Positions 8,716-19,916 of a stretch of 64,000 bases of DNA are shown piece after piece. Source of the stretch: Nannocystales bacterium (GTDB taxonomy: Bacteria > Myxococcota_A > Polyangia > Nannocystales > Nannocystaceae). The notes beneath the pieces are model-generated. The model was not told the DNA's origin. It worked only from the letters and a program-made list of their open reading frames with translations, and searched no databases. Position 1 is the first letter of the stretch. Each line of letters starts with the position of its first letter. The translations under genes were made by a program, and so were the position numbers. The stretch is from positions 96,001 to 160,000 of the forward strand of contig JBOEGF010000019.1 in assembly GCA_050633305.1 (NCBI GenBank), read 5' to 3'.

Positions 8716-9771
8716 CTACGATTTGGCGGGGAGGTTGCCGGGCGCTTGGAGCTCGTCATCTTGCGCCGGGAACCACCGACTCGCGACGCGGATCGCGTTG
8801 GTCGCCGCGCCGAGGCGGAGGTTGTCGCCAGCAACCGTGAGGCACACGGTCCTTCCGCTCTCATCGCGGGGGTCGAGACGCAGTCGGCCGGCCAGCGTTC
8901 GGTCTCGATCGTGCACACACGCAAGCGCGGTGAGTCCCTCGCCCACCGGGCCTTTGTTCACGCTGACGAACGGCGCAGCGCTCGTCTGTTGTAGCGCGGC
9001 TTCGATCTCAGCCAGAGGCGCGGCGCGTTCGAGCTCGAGCCACACGTTCATGAAGTGCCCGATCGCCACGGGGACACGACAGCACTGTGCGCTGACCTTG
9101 AGGTGAGCCGCATCCAAGATCTTGCGGCTCTCCTTCATCAGCTTGCGCTCCTCGGAACTGAAGCCAGTTTCGTCGGTCTTTCCGCTATGCGGGACGGTGT
9201 TGCCAACGTACCCGGCTGGGTCGAGCTGCGACCCGACGCGGTTGGGCTCGGCATACCCCGCGCGAGAATCCTCGAGGAAGCCATCGAGAGCACCGATGCC
9301 GGCGCCACTGATCGCTTGGTACGAGCTGATCGCGACCGAGGTCAGACCGAACGCATGGGCCAAGGGAGCCATGGCCATCGTAAAGGGGATGGTGGTGCAA
9401 TTTGGGTTGGCGACGAGTTGGGTTTTCTCGCTCACGACCCCACAGTTGACGCCCGCCGAGACCAGCGGAACGCTCTCCTCCATCCGGTAGGTGTTGCTCT
9501 TGTCGACGACCTTGTACCCAAGCTCGACCAACCGCGGGACGTAGCGCTTGCTGTGCTCGTCATCGAGCGCGACGAGGGCGAGGTCCCCGCGCGGCGCGTT
9601 GTCTTCCTCGAGTTCAGGCGCAGCGAGCACGTCGAAGGTTTCCCCGGCGTGCTCCAGTTGTTTTCGTCGGCTCGCAAACCCGATGATCTCCGCCGTCGGC
9701 CAGGCGCGGCGGATCAGCGTGATGGACTCGCGGCCGACGAGGCCTGTGGCACCAAGGATACAGATGCGCAT
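8716..9771 (-). CDS. asd: Aspartate-semialdehyde dehydrogenase
   Basis: GATGLVG Rossmann motif; ANPNCTT catalytic Cys; SYQAISGAG; RVPV..GH; DNLRLGAATNA. Confidence 0.93.
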   Translation of the reverse strand: MRICILGATGLVGRESITLIRRAWPTAEIIGFASRRKQLEHAGETFDVLAAPELEEDNAPRGDLALVALDDEHSKRYVPRLVELGYKVVDKSNTYRMEESVPLVSAGVNCGVVSEKTQLVANPNCTTIPFTMAMAPLAHAFGLTSVAISSYQAISGAGIGALDGFLEDSRAGYAEPNRVGSQLDPAGYVGNTVPHSGKTDETGFSSEERKLMKESRKILDAAHLKVSAQCCRVPVAIGHFMNVWLELERAAPLAEIEAALQQTSAAPFVSVNKGPVGEGLTALACVHDRDRTLAGRLRLDPRDESGRTVCLTVAGDNLRLGAATNAIRVASRWFPAQDDELQAPGNLPAKS

Positions 9772-9929
9772 GGGCGTGCTCTAGCACGGAGTGCGGAGGC
9801 GAGCGAATCCGTCGACGCACCGTTTGCGCACCCAAACACAGTGAAATCCACGTCTCAGCCCTCACCAAGAAACGCAGAAGCCCGATGCCGGGTTGTGTCA
9901 TCATCTGGAGGGGAATGCAGGGAGACAGC

Positions 9930-10976
9930 ATGAACGGAACTACGAGTCGGCAACGCTTGTTTGGACGCGCCGCGATGGGGCTGGTGACGGGGGCGCTGAG
10001 CTTGGGTTTGGTGGCTTCGCCTCTCACCGCGCATGCCCAGACCCTGCCGACGACCACATCGGTCAGCCCCGGGGCGGTCCCGCTGGCTCTCATCAAGAAG
10101 AAGAAAAAGAAGAAGAAAAAGAAGAAGAAAAAGAAGCCTGCAGCCGAGCCCGGCCTGTCTCCGGAGTCCGCCGACGCCAAACGGCAGGCGATCCGAGATT
10201 CGGTCGCGAGCGATCTCGACGCGGGCAACCTCGATGGCGCAGCCAACGGCCTCGAGGAGAACGCTGTACTGCTCGGTGACCCCGTCACCATGAAAGAAGC
10301 GGGCGCTCTGCGGCTCGAAGCTGCCCGCAAAGAGCGCAGCATCGAGCAAGCCGAGGCCAGCATCGCCACGACGACGGTCGCCCTCGACATCCTGCACTTC
10401 TACGATGGCGTGTCCTCCGGTTCCGCCGAGTCGCGCTGGCTGGTCATCGACCCCGCGTCCGCGGCTGGCATGATCTCCGAGGCCGAGGCGCAGATCACCG
10501 AAGCCGAAGAGTTGATCGCCGAAATCGAGGAGGAGCAGGCTCCTGACGATGAGGCCGTCGCGAAGAACGACAAGTCGTCGAAGAAGAAAAAGAAGAAGAA
10601 GCGCGGAAAGGCCAAGCCTGGCACCGGCTTCCTGATCGGCGGTAGCGTGGCTACGGCCGTCGGACTGGGCGGCGTGGGGCTTGCTGTTGCAGGTCTGCTG
10701 CAGAGTTCGTCCGCGCAAGACGAGGTCGAAGGCCTCGGTGGCGATCCCGCAAATCAGCCGCGCATCGACGAACTCGACGAGGAGGGCGCTCGCGGGAACA
10801 TGTTCGGTTACGTCGGCATCGGTGTCGCCGTGGCCGGGCTTGCGATCGGCGTCCCGCTCATCATCGTCGGCGCCAAGAAGCGCAAGGAAGCTGGCCCGTC
10901 GGGGAATGCAAGCGTTCGCGTCGCCCCGCTGGTCGCCGGCCGTATTCAGGGCCTCGCGGTCTCCGGCCGCTTCTAG
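9930..10976 (+). CDS. Secreted/outer-membrane hypothetical protein with two poly-Lys tracts
   Basis: GGAG RBS; signal peptide (AHA); hydrophobic Gly-rich hairpin; C-terminal GLAVSGRF resembling a beta-signal. Confidence 0.8.
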   Translation: MNGTTSRQRLFGRAAMGLVTGALSLGLVASPLTAHAQTLPTTTSVSPGAVPLALIKKKKKKKKKKKKKKPAAEPGLSPESADAKRQAIRDSVASDLDAGNLDGAANGLEENAVLLGDPVTMKEAGALRLEAARKERSIEQAEASIATTTVALDILHFYDGVSSGSAESRWLVIDPASAAGMISEAEAQITEAEELIAEIEEEQAPDDEAVAKNDKSSKKKKKKKRGKAKPGTGFLIGGSVATAVGLGGVGLAVAGLLQSSSAQDEVEGLGGDPANQPRIDELDEEGARGNMFGYVGIGVAVAGLAIGVPLIIVGAKKRKEAGPSGNASVRVAPLVAGRIQGLAVSGRF

Positions 10977-10994
10977 TACCGAGTCAACATCGCC

Positions 10995-11690
10995 ATGCGA
11001 CTGCTTCGAATCCTCACCGTCACGGTTGGGCTGGGATGCTTCGGCCTTTCGGCTGGTGGAGCCGGCTGCAATCCGGTCTCAGACTTCCAGTGTTCGACCA
11101 GCGAAGACTGCATCGCTGAGGGCGCGGGTGGGGTCTGCGAAACGAACAGCTTCTGCACGTTCCCCGATGCTGCGTGTCCCACGGGCAAACGCTGGCATGA
11201 CCGGGCTTCGTCGCTCGCGGGGATGTGTTTCGGCGATGAAGGGGGTGCAACGGACACCGACGACTCGGCGGGGAGCTCTGGCGAGTCGGGCGAGGACTCC
11301 ACGACCGACGTGGAGCCGGGCACGAGCACGTCCGGCGAGCCCACGACGGCCCCATCCACGGATCCGACGATGGATACGACGACGGATCCGACGATGGATC
11401 CGACGACCGGAGATCCGACCACAAGTGGGAGCTCCACCGGCACGGGTTCCATGGCGAGCTGCGACGAGATGTACGGAGCCGCCACGGACTACATGCTCTG
11501 CGACGAGGAGGTCGACAGCTGCAGGTTCGGGGTCACGGTGACGATGACGCCGTGCAACTCCATCTGCGAGGCGTTTGGTGGCACCTGCCAGGGCGCGCAG
11601 CTCAACGAGAAGCCTGTGTGTACCTCGACAGGCGACATCACTTGCGATGACATGACCTCCAACACGGTCATCTGCATCTGCAGCCGCTGA
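10995..11690 (+). CDS. Cys-rich lipoprotein with Thr/Asp (TDPTM) linker
   Basis: Signal peptide ending GAGC; two Cys clusters; follows the previous gene by 18 bp. Confidence 0.8.
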   Translation: MRLLRILTVTVGLGCFGLSAGGAGCNPVSDFQCSTSEDCIAEGAGGVCETNSFCTFPDAACPTGKRWHDRASSLAGMCFGDEGGATDTDDSAGSSGESGEDSTTDVEPGTSTSGEPTTAPSTDPTMDTTTDPTMDPTTGDPTTSGSSTGTGSMASCDEMYGAATDYMLCDEEVDSCRFGVTVTMTPCNSICEAFGGTCQGAQLNEKPVCTSTGDITCDDMTSNTVICICSR

Positions 11691-11771
11691 GCGCTCGCTC
11701 CGCACAAACACGTCGGGATCCGCACGCGACGGAGGACGGCGCGCGTCCGCCATCGTGATACGCACCGCGGC

Positions 11772-13778
11772 ATGTCGCAGCGTGCAGCCTTCGCCCCGCG
11801 GGACATCTCCGCGTCCGACCACGCCACGATGGTTTCGACCGTCAAGGGCCTCGCCATGGACGCGGTCCAGAAGGCGAACTCGGGTCACCCCGGAATGCCC
11901 ATGGGAACGGCCTGCATGGCCAGCACCCTGTGGACTCGCTTCCTGGTCCACGACCCCGCGGATCCGAACTGGCCAGACCGCGATCGCTTCGTCCTCAGCG
12001 CAGGCCATGGCTCGATGCTGCTGTACTCGCTGCTGCACCTCTCGGGCTACTCGCTGACGCTCGACGACCTCAAGAACTTCCGCCAGTGGGGGTCCAAGAC
12101 GCCTGGCCACCCCGAGGTGCATGACACCGAAGGCGTGGAGGTCACGACCGGTCCTCTGGGGACAGGGTTTGCAACGGGGGTCGGCATGGCCGTCGCCGAA
12201 CGTTGGCTTGCGACTCGCTACAACCGGCCTGGCCACGAGGTTGTCGACCACTTCACGTACGGAATCGTCAGCGACGGCGATCTGATGGAAGGCGTCGCGT
12301 CGGAGGCGGCCAGCTTCGCGGGACATCAGAAGCTCGGCAAGCTCATCTACCTCTACGACGACAACCAGATCACGATCGACGGCGGAACCGACATCTCCTT
12401 CACGGAAGATGTTGGCAAACGCTTTGAGGCCTATGGCTGGCAGGTACTCAAGGCCGACGGGCACGACGACGCGGCGGTCACGGCTGCACTGACGGCTGCA
12501 CGCGCCGAAACTGAAAAGCCCACACTGATCTGCGCTCGCACGGTGATTGGACACGGGAGCCCGTCGAAGGCTGGCAAGTCCAGCTCGCATGGAGCCCCGC
12601 TCGGTGCCGAAGAAATCGAGGCGACCAAGAAGGGCATGGACTGGCCGCTCGAGCCGTTCCACGTCCCGGACGCCCTGCCGAACAAGATCGCCGAGGTCAT
12701 CGCTCCGGGGGTCGCACAGCATGCGGCTTGGAACGAGCGCATGGTCGCCTATCGGACCGCACATCCGGAGCTGGCGGCAGAGTTCGAAGCCGTGCTCGAG
12801 GGCAAGGCGACGGACGCGGACTTCGCAGGTCTTCCCGAGTTTGAAGTCGGCACCAAGTTGGCGACCCGCAAGGCCAGCGCGAAGGTCCTCAATGCGTTGG
12901 CTGATCGCTTCCCATCGCTCGTCGGCGGCTCGGCGGACCTGGCCGGAAGCAACGGCGTGGGCTTCCCCGAAGGCGGCGTCCTGAGCCCTGAGCAGGGCGA
13001 TGGTCGCAACGTCCACTTCGGCGTGCGAGAGCACGGCATGGGCGGCATCGTCAACGGGATGGCCCTGCACGGTGGCATGCGTCCCTTCGACGCCACCTTC
13101 CTGATCTTCTCGGACTTCATGCGCGGTGCCGTCCGTCTGTCGGCGCTACAGCAGATCCCCGTCGTCCACATCTACTCGCACGACAGCATCTTCCTCGGTG
13201 AAGATGGCCCCACGCACCAGCCCGTCGAGCAGACGATGAGCCTGCGGATGATCCCCAACCTCCACGTCGTTCGCCCCGCGGACGCCAAGGAGACGGTGGG
13301 GGCCTGGAAGATGGCGCTGCAGCGCACCGACGGACCCACGGCGATCTTGCTGACTCGTCAGGGCCTTCCGATCCTCGAAGGCACCGACCGCGACATCACC
13401 CGGGGGGCGTACATCGTCCTCGAGCCCTCGGGCGAGGGCGAGCTGCACGGCATTCTGGTCGCGACGGGATCCGAGGTCTCCCTGGCGGTCGAGGTCGCAG
13501 GCCGGCTCCAGGCGCAAGGCAAGCGCACCCGCGTCGTCTCGATGCCATGCTGGGAAGCCTTCGAAGCGCAGGACGGCGCCTACAAAGAGAGCGTGCTGCC
13601 CAAGGCGGTGACTCGCCGACTCTCGGTCGAGGCCGGCGTCGGGATGGGATGGGAGCGCTACGCCGCTCACCAGCAGAGCATCGACCGCTTCGGGGCTTCA
13701 GCACCGATGGGGGTGTTGGCGGAGAAGTTTGGCTTCACCGCGGATGCCGTCCTCGCCCGCTACCTGGATCTCGATTAG
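11772..13778 (+). CDS. tkt: Transketolase
   Basis: [40 protein letters not shown] and [11 protein letters not shown] motifs. Confidence 0.98.
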   Translation: MSQRAAFAPRDISASDHATMVSTVKGLAMDAVQKANSGHPGMPMGTACMASTLWTRFLVHDPADPNWPDRDRFVLSAGHGSMLLYSLLHLSGYSLTLDDLKNFRQWGSKTPGHPEVHDTEGVEVTTGPLGTGFATGVGMAVAERWLATRYNRPGHEVVDHFTYGIVSDGDLMEGVASEAASFAGHQKLGKLIYLYDDNQITIDGGTDISFTEDVGKRFEAYGWQVLKADGHDDAAVTAALTAARAETEKPTLICARTVIGHGSPSKAGKSSSHGAPLGAEEIEATKKGMDWPLEPFHVPDALPNKIAEVIAPGVAQHAAWNERMVAYRTAHPELAAEFEAVLEGKATDADFAGLPEFEVGTKLATRKASAKVLNALADRFPSLVGGSADLAGSNGVGFPEGGVLSPEQGDGRNVHFGVREHGMGGIVNGMALHGGMRPFDATFLIFSDFMRGAVRLSALQQIPVVHIYSHDSIFLGEDGPTHQPVEQTMSLRMIPNLHVVRPADAKETVGAWKMALQRTDGPTAILLTRQGLPILEGTDRDITRGAYIVLEPSGEGELHGILVATGSEVSLAVEVAGRLQAQGKRTRVVSMPCWEAFEAQDGAYKESVLPKAVTRRLSVEAGVGMGWERYAAHQQSIDRFGASAPMGVLAEKFGFTADAVLARYLDLD

Positions 13779-13810
13779 GGCGCACCTCAAGAGGACGCCG
13801 GCTTGCCGCG

Positions 13811-14179
13811 CTAGTTGAGCCGCTTGTTCGGGTCGCTGACGCGGTAGGGGCTCTGCGTCGGAGTCGGCGGTCGGGTCCAAGGCTTGGGGCCCTCGCCCGC
13901 TTCGTCGCGATGTTCTTCGGTCTCGAGCATGCAGATGACCGCCGAGTTGGCGTGGTGCGGCAGGAAGGCCGAGTTCACGTCCATGAGCGCGTTGCCCATG
14001 GCGGCTCCGCCGACGGAGCCCCGAAACCCGGATGTGCCCTTCCTGCGCCGCCACGCGACGAGGATGAGGGAGGCGACGAACAGCCCAAGCGCCAGTCCTG
14101 GCAGTCCCGAGAATCCCATCACGGGGTCCGGAGTCTGAGAAGCCTGCGCGCCTTCGGGTCCCCACATCGCGAGCATCAC
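13811..14179 (-). CDS. Small hypothetical membrane protein
   Basis: TM segment LALGLFVASLILVAW followed by RRRK; TACAGT 6 nt before GTG 14179. Confidence 0.6.
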   Translation of the reverse strand: MMLAMWGPEGAQASQTPDPVMGFSGLPGLALGLFVASLILVAWRRRKGTSGFRGSVGGAAMGNALMDVNSAFLPHHANSAVICMLETEEHRDEAGEGPKPWTRPPTPTQSPYRVSDPNKRLN

Positions 14180-14651
14180 GCTTCTACTGTACGCGGTTCC
14201 TTGGGGACGGTCGGAGCGCACCTCGAGCGAAACGGTTCGGGCGCGTTGTGGTGGTGCGCTGCGTAGAGGGCGCCAACTCGGGCCGCGGTCGTGTTGGCCC
14301 CGCCGTGCTCACCTCGCGCAGGGCGAGGGCAGAGCATTCACCGAGGTCGAATCCGGTCTCGACGCAGTGCGGTTCCCGATGGTCCGCGGCGCTGTCGCAC
14401 GCGGTCGCGGTTGCCCGAAACCGGCTGTTTGCGACTGCTGGAGCGGTCCTAGCGAGGACGGGGCTGCTAGCTCACGTCCCGGATCGGCGCACCTTGCCCC
14501 CGGGCGTGAGCACCCACGCAAGCCGCGCGGATGCCGTGGGGTGCTCCATGGTGCAGGTTGTGGCATTCTCCGCGCGCCTCGCCCCCGATCCTCGGGTCTT
14601 GCGGGGCTTTTGCAGACACGTTCTTCAGACGCCTAAAGGCAAAAAGCAGCC

Positions 14652-16751
14652 ATGGTCGACCTCGCCAACACCCGCAACATTGGGATTTCCGCCCACATTG
14701 ACTCCGGAAAAACGACGCTCACCGAGCGCATCCTTTTCTACACGGGTCGCATCCACAAAATCGAGGAAGTCCGTGGCAAGTCCGGCGTCGGCGCTGTCAT
14801 GGACAACATGGAGCTGGAGCGTGAGCGCGGCATCACCATTCAGTCCGCTGCCACCTTCGTGACGTGGGGTCAGACCCACATCAACATCATCGACACTCCC
14901 GGACACGTCGACTTCACCGTCGAGGTGGAGCGCGCGTTGTCGGTGCTCGACGGCGCCATTCTCGTTCTCTGTGGGTCCTCCGGTGTGCAGTCACAGTCGA
15001 TCACGGTCGACCGTCAGATGCGTCGCTACAACGTCCCCCGCGTCGCGTTCATCAACAAGATGGACCGCACCGGTGCCGACGCGTACCGCGTGACGAGCCA
15101 GCTTCGCGAGAAGCTCAAGCACAACGCCGCGATGGTGACGATCCCGATCGGTGCCGAAGACGACTTCGACGGCATCATCGACCTTCGTATCCGCAAAGCC
15201 TTCTTCTTCGACGGCGACAACGGCGAGAACCTCCGCGAAGAGGAGGTCCCCGAGGACATGAAGGAGAAGACCGAGGAGATGCGCAACAAGCTCGTCGAGA
15301 CGGTTGCCGACTTCGACGACGCCATCATGGAGAAGTTCCTCGAGGGCGAGGAAGTCTCGGCCGAAGAGCTGAACCCGGTCATTCGCAAGGCCACGCTCTC
15401 CCTCGACCTCACGCCGGTGTTCTGTGGCTCCGCCTACAAGAACAAGGGCGTCCAGGTCTTGCTCGACGGCGTCGTCTCGTACTTGCCCAACCCCACCGAG
15501 GTGGAGAACAAGGCATTCGAGATCGCCGGCGACGGCAAAGAGACCGAAGTGGTCCTCGCTACCGACGACGAGAAGCCCATGTGCTCGCTCGCGTTCAAGC
15601 TCGAGGACGGCCGCTACGGACAGCTCACCTATGTCCGCATCTACCAGGGCAAGGTCACCAAGGGCATGTCCATCTACAACACGCGAACCGGCCAGAAGGT
15701 GAAGCTGGGTCGCATCGTCCGGATGCACTCCGACAAGATGGAGGACATCGAGGAAGCCGGCTCCGGCGACATCATCTCCATGTTCGGTGTCGACTGCGCG
15801 GCGGGTGACACGTTCACCGACGGGCAGGTCAAGTACTCGCTGCGTTCGATGTACGTGCCCGCGCCCGTCATCGAGTACTCGCTCGAGCCCAAGGACAAGA
15901 CGAACCTTTCGAACTTCTCCAAGGCGCTCAACCGCTTCTCGAAAGAGGACCCCACCTTCTCGGTGCGTCGCGACGAAGAGTCCGGCGAGACCCTGATCGC
16001 GGGCATGGGCGAGCTTCACCTCGAGGTCTACATCGAGCGGATGAAGCGCGAGTACAAGGTCGAGACCATCGTCGGTGAGCCGCAGGTTCGGTACCGCGAG
16101 ACCATCCAGAACGAGATCCCGTTCGCGTACACCCACAAGAAGCAGACCGGTGGCTCCGGTCAGTTCGCGAAGATCGGCGGCACCATGCGTCCGCTGACCG
16201 AGCCCGAGTCCGAGGATGAGATCTACCGATTCGTCGACAAGATCGTCGGCGGCATCATCCCTCGCGAGTACATCCCCTCCTGTGACAACGGGTTCCAGCA
16301 GGCGATGGCTCGCGGTGTGGTCATCGGTTTCCCGGTCGTGAACGTGGAGATGGAGCTTTCCGACGGTGGCTTCCACGCGGTGGACTCCAGCGACATGGCG
16401 TTCCAGATCTGCGCCCGAAACGCCTTCAAAGAGGCCATGCGTGCCGCCAAGCCGGTCGTGCTCGAGCCCGTCATGAAGGTTGTCGTCGAGACGCCCGAGG
16501 AGTTCCAGGGCGCGGTTCAGACCATGCTCATCCGTCGCCGTGGACTCATCAACGGGTCCGAGACGGCCTACGGCACCACCGCCGTCGACTCGAACGTCCC
16601 GCTTTCCGAGATGTTCGCCTTCTCGAACGAGCTTCGTTCCGGAACGCAGGGCAAAGCCGAGTTCACGATGGAGTTCGCGAAGTACGACCCCGTCCCGCAG
16701 AGCGTCCAGCAAGAGCTGGCTGAGAAGTACAAGGATCGCCAGAAGGGCTGA
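14652..16751 (+). CDS. fusA: Elongation factor G (spd/mtEFG1-like subtype, outside the str operon)
   Basis: [52 protein letters not shown] and HAVDSS motifs; strongly biased codons. Confidence 0.98.
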   Translation: MVDLANTRNIGISAHIDSGKTTLTERILFYTGRIHKIEEVRGKSGVGAVMDNMELERERGITIQSAATFVTWGQTHINIIDTPGHVDFTVEVERALSVLDGAILVLCGSSGVQSQSITVDRQMRRYNVPRVAFINKMDRTGADAYRVTSQLREKLKHNAAMVTIPIGAEDDFDGIIDLRIRKAFFFDGDNGENLREEEVPEDMKEKTEEMRNKLVETVADFDDAIMEKFLEGEEVSAEELNPVIRKATLSLDLTPVFCGSAYKNKGVQVLLDGVVSYLPNPTEVENKAFEIAGDGKETEVVLATDDEKPMCSLAFKLEDGRYGQLTYVRIYQGKVTKGMSIYNTRTGQKVKLGRIVRMHSDKMEDIEEAGSGDIISMFGVDCAAGDTFTDGQVKYSLRSMYVPAPVIEYSLEPKDKTNLSNFSKALNRFSKEDPTFSVRRDEESGETLIAGMGELHLEVYIERMKREYKVETIVGEPQVRYRETIQNEIPFAYTHKKQTGGSGQFAKIGGTMRPLTEPESEDEIYRFVDKIVGGIIPREYIPSCDNGFQQAMARGVVIGFPVVNVEMELSDGGFHAVDSSDMAFQICARNAFKEAMRAAKPVVLEPVMKVVVETPEEFQGAVQTMLIRRRGLINGSETAYGTTAVDSNVPLSEMFAFSNELRSGTQGKAEFTMEFAKYDPVPQSVQQELAEKYKDRQKG

Positions 16752-16878
16752 TCAACGCCGAGTCTCGAGAGACTCTCGAAGGCCGCGCTTGGGTTTCCCG
16801 GCGCGGCTTTCTCGTTGGTTTGGCCTCGAACGCAGGCCTTGCGGGCACCAGCCTAACTCTGGCCCGCACAGACCGGGC

Positions 16879-17382
16879 ATGGCGATACCCAAGACGCGTG
16901 AGGAGCTCGACTCGGCCATGGAGACGGCGTTCGGAAAGCTCAGTCTCGACCTGGACCGACTCTCGGCCAGTCAATCTCGCGAGGTCTGCATCGACGACTG
17001 GACGGTGGTCGACGTGCTGACGGTCCGTACGTGGTGGGGCCATGCGGTCGTGGAGTGGATCGAGGCGGGGCAGCGCGGTGAGATCCCACAGACGCCCGCG
17101 CCCGGATTTGCGTGGAAGGACACGCCTCGGCTCAACGCGGGGATCATCGCCGACGCCCCCAAGCGCCGATCGTGGAAACGCGTTCGGGCCGACTTCGCGG
17201 CCAGCCGCGAGGCGGTTCTCGCCGCGCTCGAGCAGCTCAGTGACACCGAACTCGAAGGGGAGGGCGAGTTCGAGTGGGCCGGTCGCTGGCCCGTCCTTCG
17301 GTGGGTGTCCGTCGCGACGACAACGGGCTACGCCTCGTCGCGAAAGTACGTCCGGGCCCTGCTGCGCCGGCTCGAGGGGTGA
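16879..17382 (+). CDS. ClbS/DfsB family (DUF1706) four-helix bundle protein
   Basis: MAIPKTREEL N-terminus; PAPGFAWK..P.LN; W.GRWPV.RWV...T...Y pattern typical of the family. Confidence 0.75.
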   Translation: MAIPKTREELDSAMETAFGKLSLDLDRLSASQSREVCIDDWTVVDVLTVRTWWGHAVVEWIEAGQRGEIPQTPAPGFAWKDTPRLNAGIIADAPKRRSWKRVRADFAASREAVLAALEQLSDTELEGEGEFEWAGRWPVLRWVSVATTTGYASSRKYVRALLRRLEG

Positions 17383-17418
17383 CCGCGTAGCGAGGGTCCT
17401 GAAACGAGGTGTCGCGGT

Positions 17419-17901
17419 TCACTTGTTGGGGGGCAGGAGTTTGATCTCCTGGTTCAGGGGGGCGATTTTTCCGCCCGTCGATCGGAGTTCGACGCCGAGC
17501 ATCAGCTTGAGCTTGTTGGTCTCACGGTCCGCGTAGAGCTTCTGCAGGTTGGCGCTCTTGTCGTCGTCCATGAAGACCATGCCGCCGCATCCTTCCCAGT
17601 CCCCGCCGACGGAGCCGGGGAAGGGGTTGTCTTCGGCACTCCAGCTGCTTCCGTCGTCGGTCTCGGTCGCCAGGAGGTCGGACTTCTCGGCCCCATCGAC
17701 CGTGTAGACCGCTGTCAACGTCGAGGTGATCGCCGTGATCACCGGGCCCTTCGTTCCCGAGACCGTGATCTGGTATTTCACGCCCGTATCGGTGACGGGG
17801 ATGCTGTCCTCGAGTTTCTTGAACTCGATCTTCGCGTCGCTGACCGGGACGGGGTCACAGGCAGCGGAGAGGACAGTGGCGAAGAGAAGGGCACGGCGCA
17901 T
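17419..17901 (-). CDS. Hypothetical lipoprotein
   Basis: MRRALLFATVLSAAC lipobox; TACCCT 7 nt upstream of ATG. Confidence 0.8.
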   Translation of the reverse strand: MRRALLFATVLSAACDPVPVSDAKIEFKKLEDSIPVTDTGVKYQITVSGTKGPVITAITSTLTAVYTVDGAEKSDLLATETDDGSSWSAEDNPFPGSVGGDWEGCGGMVFMDDDKSANLQKLYADRETNKLKLMLGVELRSTGGKIAPLNQEIKLLPPNK

Positions 17902-17974
17902 GGCCCTGAGGGTATCAAGCTGCCCGCATCGACGGTGTTGGTCGTGGACGCGGATCCTCGGGTAGCCTCGGGAC

Positions 17975-19798
17975 GTGGTTGGCAAACGAGGGTGGTGGGC
18001 GATGGCTGTGGTCCTTGGTGCCTGCGGGGGCGCCAGCCCGGCAGCGCCCAGCAGCGGCACGACGTCCGGGACGAGCGGAAGCGGGAGCGCGGGGACCCGC
18101 TCGAGCGTCGCGAGCACCACCGCGGCGCTGACCTCGACGACGGTCACGACCGGGAGCTCGACGGGAGGCAGCGTCGTGGACTTGGGGAGCGTCGAAGTGT
18201 GCTCGGAGGTCACCATGGATGCGCCCACCGGGGGGAGCTGGTCGGTGCAAGGGCTGCTCGGTTTTGACGAGCCCCGGCCCGCCGATGGGGCGTGGGTGTA
18301 CCGGGCACCGGCGGTCGTGGTGGATACCCCGGTCACGCTGACACACAGCAGCGGGTGGACGGCCGCACTGACGGTGACCGGGGCCGCCGCGCCTCCCGGG
18401 TTGGCGGATGGGATGGTGCCTGGGTGCGGCCCATTCCCATTTGGCGTCGCATCGGGCGACCCTGGGCCACAGAGTGTGTGGCTGTGGACACGGGTCGACT
18501 CGGAGCAGGCGGAGACGGTGGGTTGGGAGGTCTCGACCGATCCGGCCTTCGCCGACGTCGTGGATTCGGGGACGGTTGAGCCCAATGCCGAGCGCGACTT
18601 CACCGTCAACGTTCATGTCGAAGGGCTGCTGCCGGCCACGACCTACTACTACCGATTCTCGAACGGTATGCCCTCTGTGGGCACATCGTCGACGACGGGG
18701 CGTACGCGAACCGCTCCCGCTGGCAGCGCGGACCGACTTCGATTCGCGGTGACAAGCTGCACCAGTATCTTCTCGGGCTACTTCAACGGCTACCGTGCGA
18801 TCGCTCGACGTCTGGATCTCGATGGGCTGATCCACGTCGGCGACTACACGTATGACTTTCCGGACGAGGACGAACTCGTACGGATTCCCGATCCTCTGCC
18901 CGACGATCCCGACACGCTGGACGGTTGGCGAAGACTGCACGCTTATCACCTTGGAGACCCGGACCTGAGGGCGGCGCGGGCGGCCCATCCATGGGTGATG
19001 CTTTGGGACAACCACGACGTGAACAGCGGAGCTCCGGTGGCCGGGGGCGGAGTGCAGGCGTTCCGCGAATGGAACCCCGTCTCTGGGCCGCAGGGAGCAC
19101 GTGGATCCGATGTCGTGTATCGCCGCCTTCCGTTCGGTGACTTGCTCGATGTGGTCGTGCTCGACGTCCTGTTGTTCCGAGACGACGCGGATGACCCCGA
19201 TTCGCCGGACAAGACGATTCTTGGGGACGCCCAGGAAGCGTGGTTCCACGAGACGCTCGCCGACTCCGCTGCGACCTGGAAGCTGGTCGGAAACCAGAAG
19301 CCCGTGGCGGTCATCGACGGGTTGCTCGTCGTGCTCGGCGGGAGCACGTGGAACGGGTTTCCCGATGCTCGCGCTCGAATGTTCGACCGGATCGCCTCCG
19401 ATGAGGTCGACAACGCCCTGTTTCTCAGCGGCGACGCTCACATCACTGCTGTGACCGATCTGGTCACGTCCCCGGGCGACCCCAAAGCCTACGATCCGCG
19501 CACGGGTGAAGGGGCGGTCGCAGTGGAGTTCCAACCGGCGAGTATGAGTCGTGGCAACGTGGATGAGTTCTTCCCTGCGCAGCCTGGTCTGCCCGCAGCG
19601 ATCGAGAAGGACTCGGCGACGAACAACCCGCACTACCGGTTCCTCGATACGACCCGGCATGGCTACGGGGTTCTCGACATCGATGCCGAGAGGATTCAGG
19701 CCGAGGTTTGGTACTTGGACATTCTCGAGCGCACCGATGTGGAGGAGCTTGGCGCGACGCTCGAGGTGCGGGCGGGCGAGAACCACTGGGAACGGTGA
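17975..19798 (+). CDS. phoD: Alkaline phosphatase D family lipoprotein
   Basis: FPFGVASGDP, HVGDYTYD, WDNHD, TILGDAQEAW, W.GFP..R, LSGDAH and HGY motifs. Confidence 0.93.
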   Translation: MVGKRGWWAMAVVLGACGGASPAAPSSGTTSGTSGSGSAGTRSSVASTTAALTSTTVTTGSSTGGSVVDLGSVEVCSEVTMDAPTGGSWSVQGLLGFDEPRPADGAWVYRAPAVVVDTPVTLTHSSGWTAALTVTGAAAPPGLADGMVPGCGPFPFGVASGDPGPQSVWLWTRVDSEQAETVGWEVSTDPAFADVVDSGTVEPNAERDFTVNVHVEGLLPATTYYYRFSNGMPSVGTSSTTGRTRTAPAGSADRLRFAVTSCTSIFSGYFNGYRAIARRLDLDGLIHVGDYTYDFPDEDELVRIPDPLPDDPDTLDGWRRLHAYHLGDPDLRAARAAHPWVMLWDNHDVNSGAPVAGGGVQAFREWNPVSGPQGARGSDVVYRRLPFGDLLDVVVLDVLLFRDDADDPDSPDKTILGDAQEAWFHETLADSAATWKLVGNQKPVAVIDGLLVVLGGSTWNGFPDARARMFDRIASDEVDNALFLSGDAHITAVTDLVTSPGDPKAYDPRTGEGAVAVEFQPASMSRGNVDEFFPAQPGLPAAIEKDSATNNPHYRFLDTTRHGYGVLDIDAERIQAEVWYLDILERTDVEELGATLEVRAGENHWER

Positions 19799-19916
19799 GT
19801 TGAGCCTCACATTTCGAGTTGAGCAAGCGTTGCCCGAGTTGGGCAACACCCGAAACGCCAAGGGCCCGTGACGTCAAGGCGTGGGTGTTGGCACGGTCCT
19901 CGCTAACTCCGGGGTC

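Noticed and set aside
14991..16712. Long antisense ORFs (also 602..2068, 11079..13070, 17915..19861, 39927..41765, 44433..45842)
   Set aside because: Shadow ORFs from high-GC codon bias opposite well-supported genes
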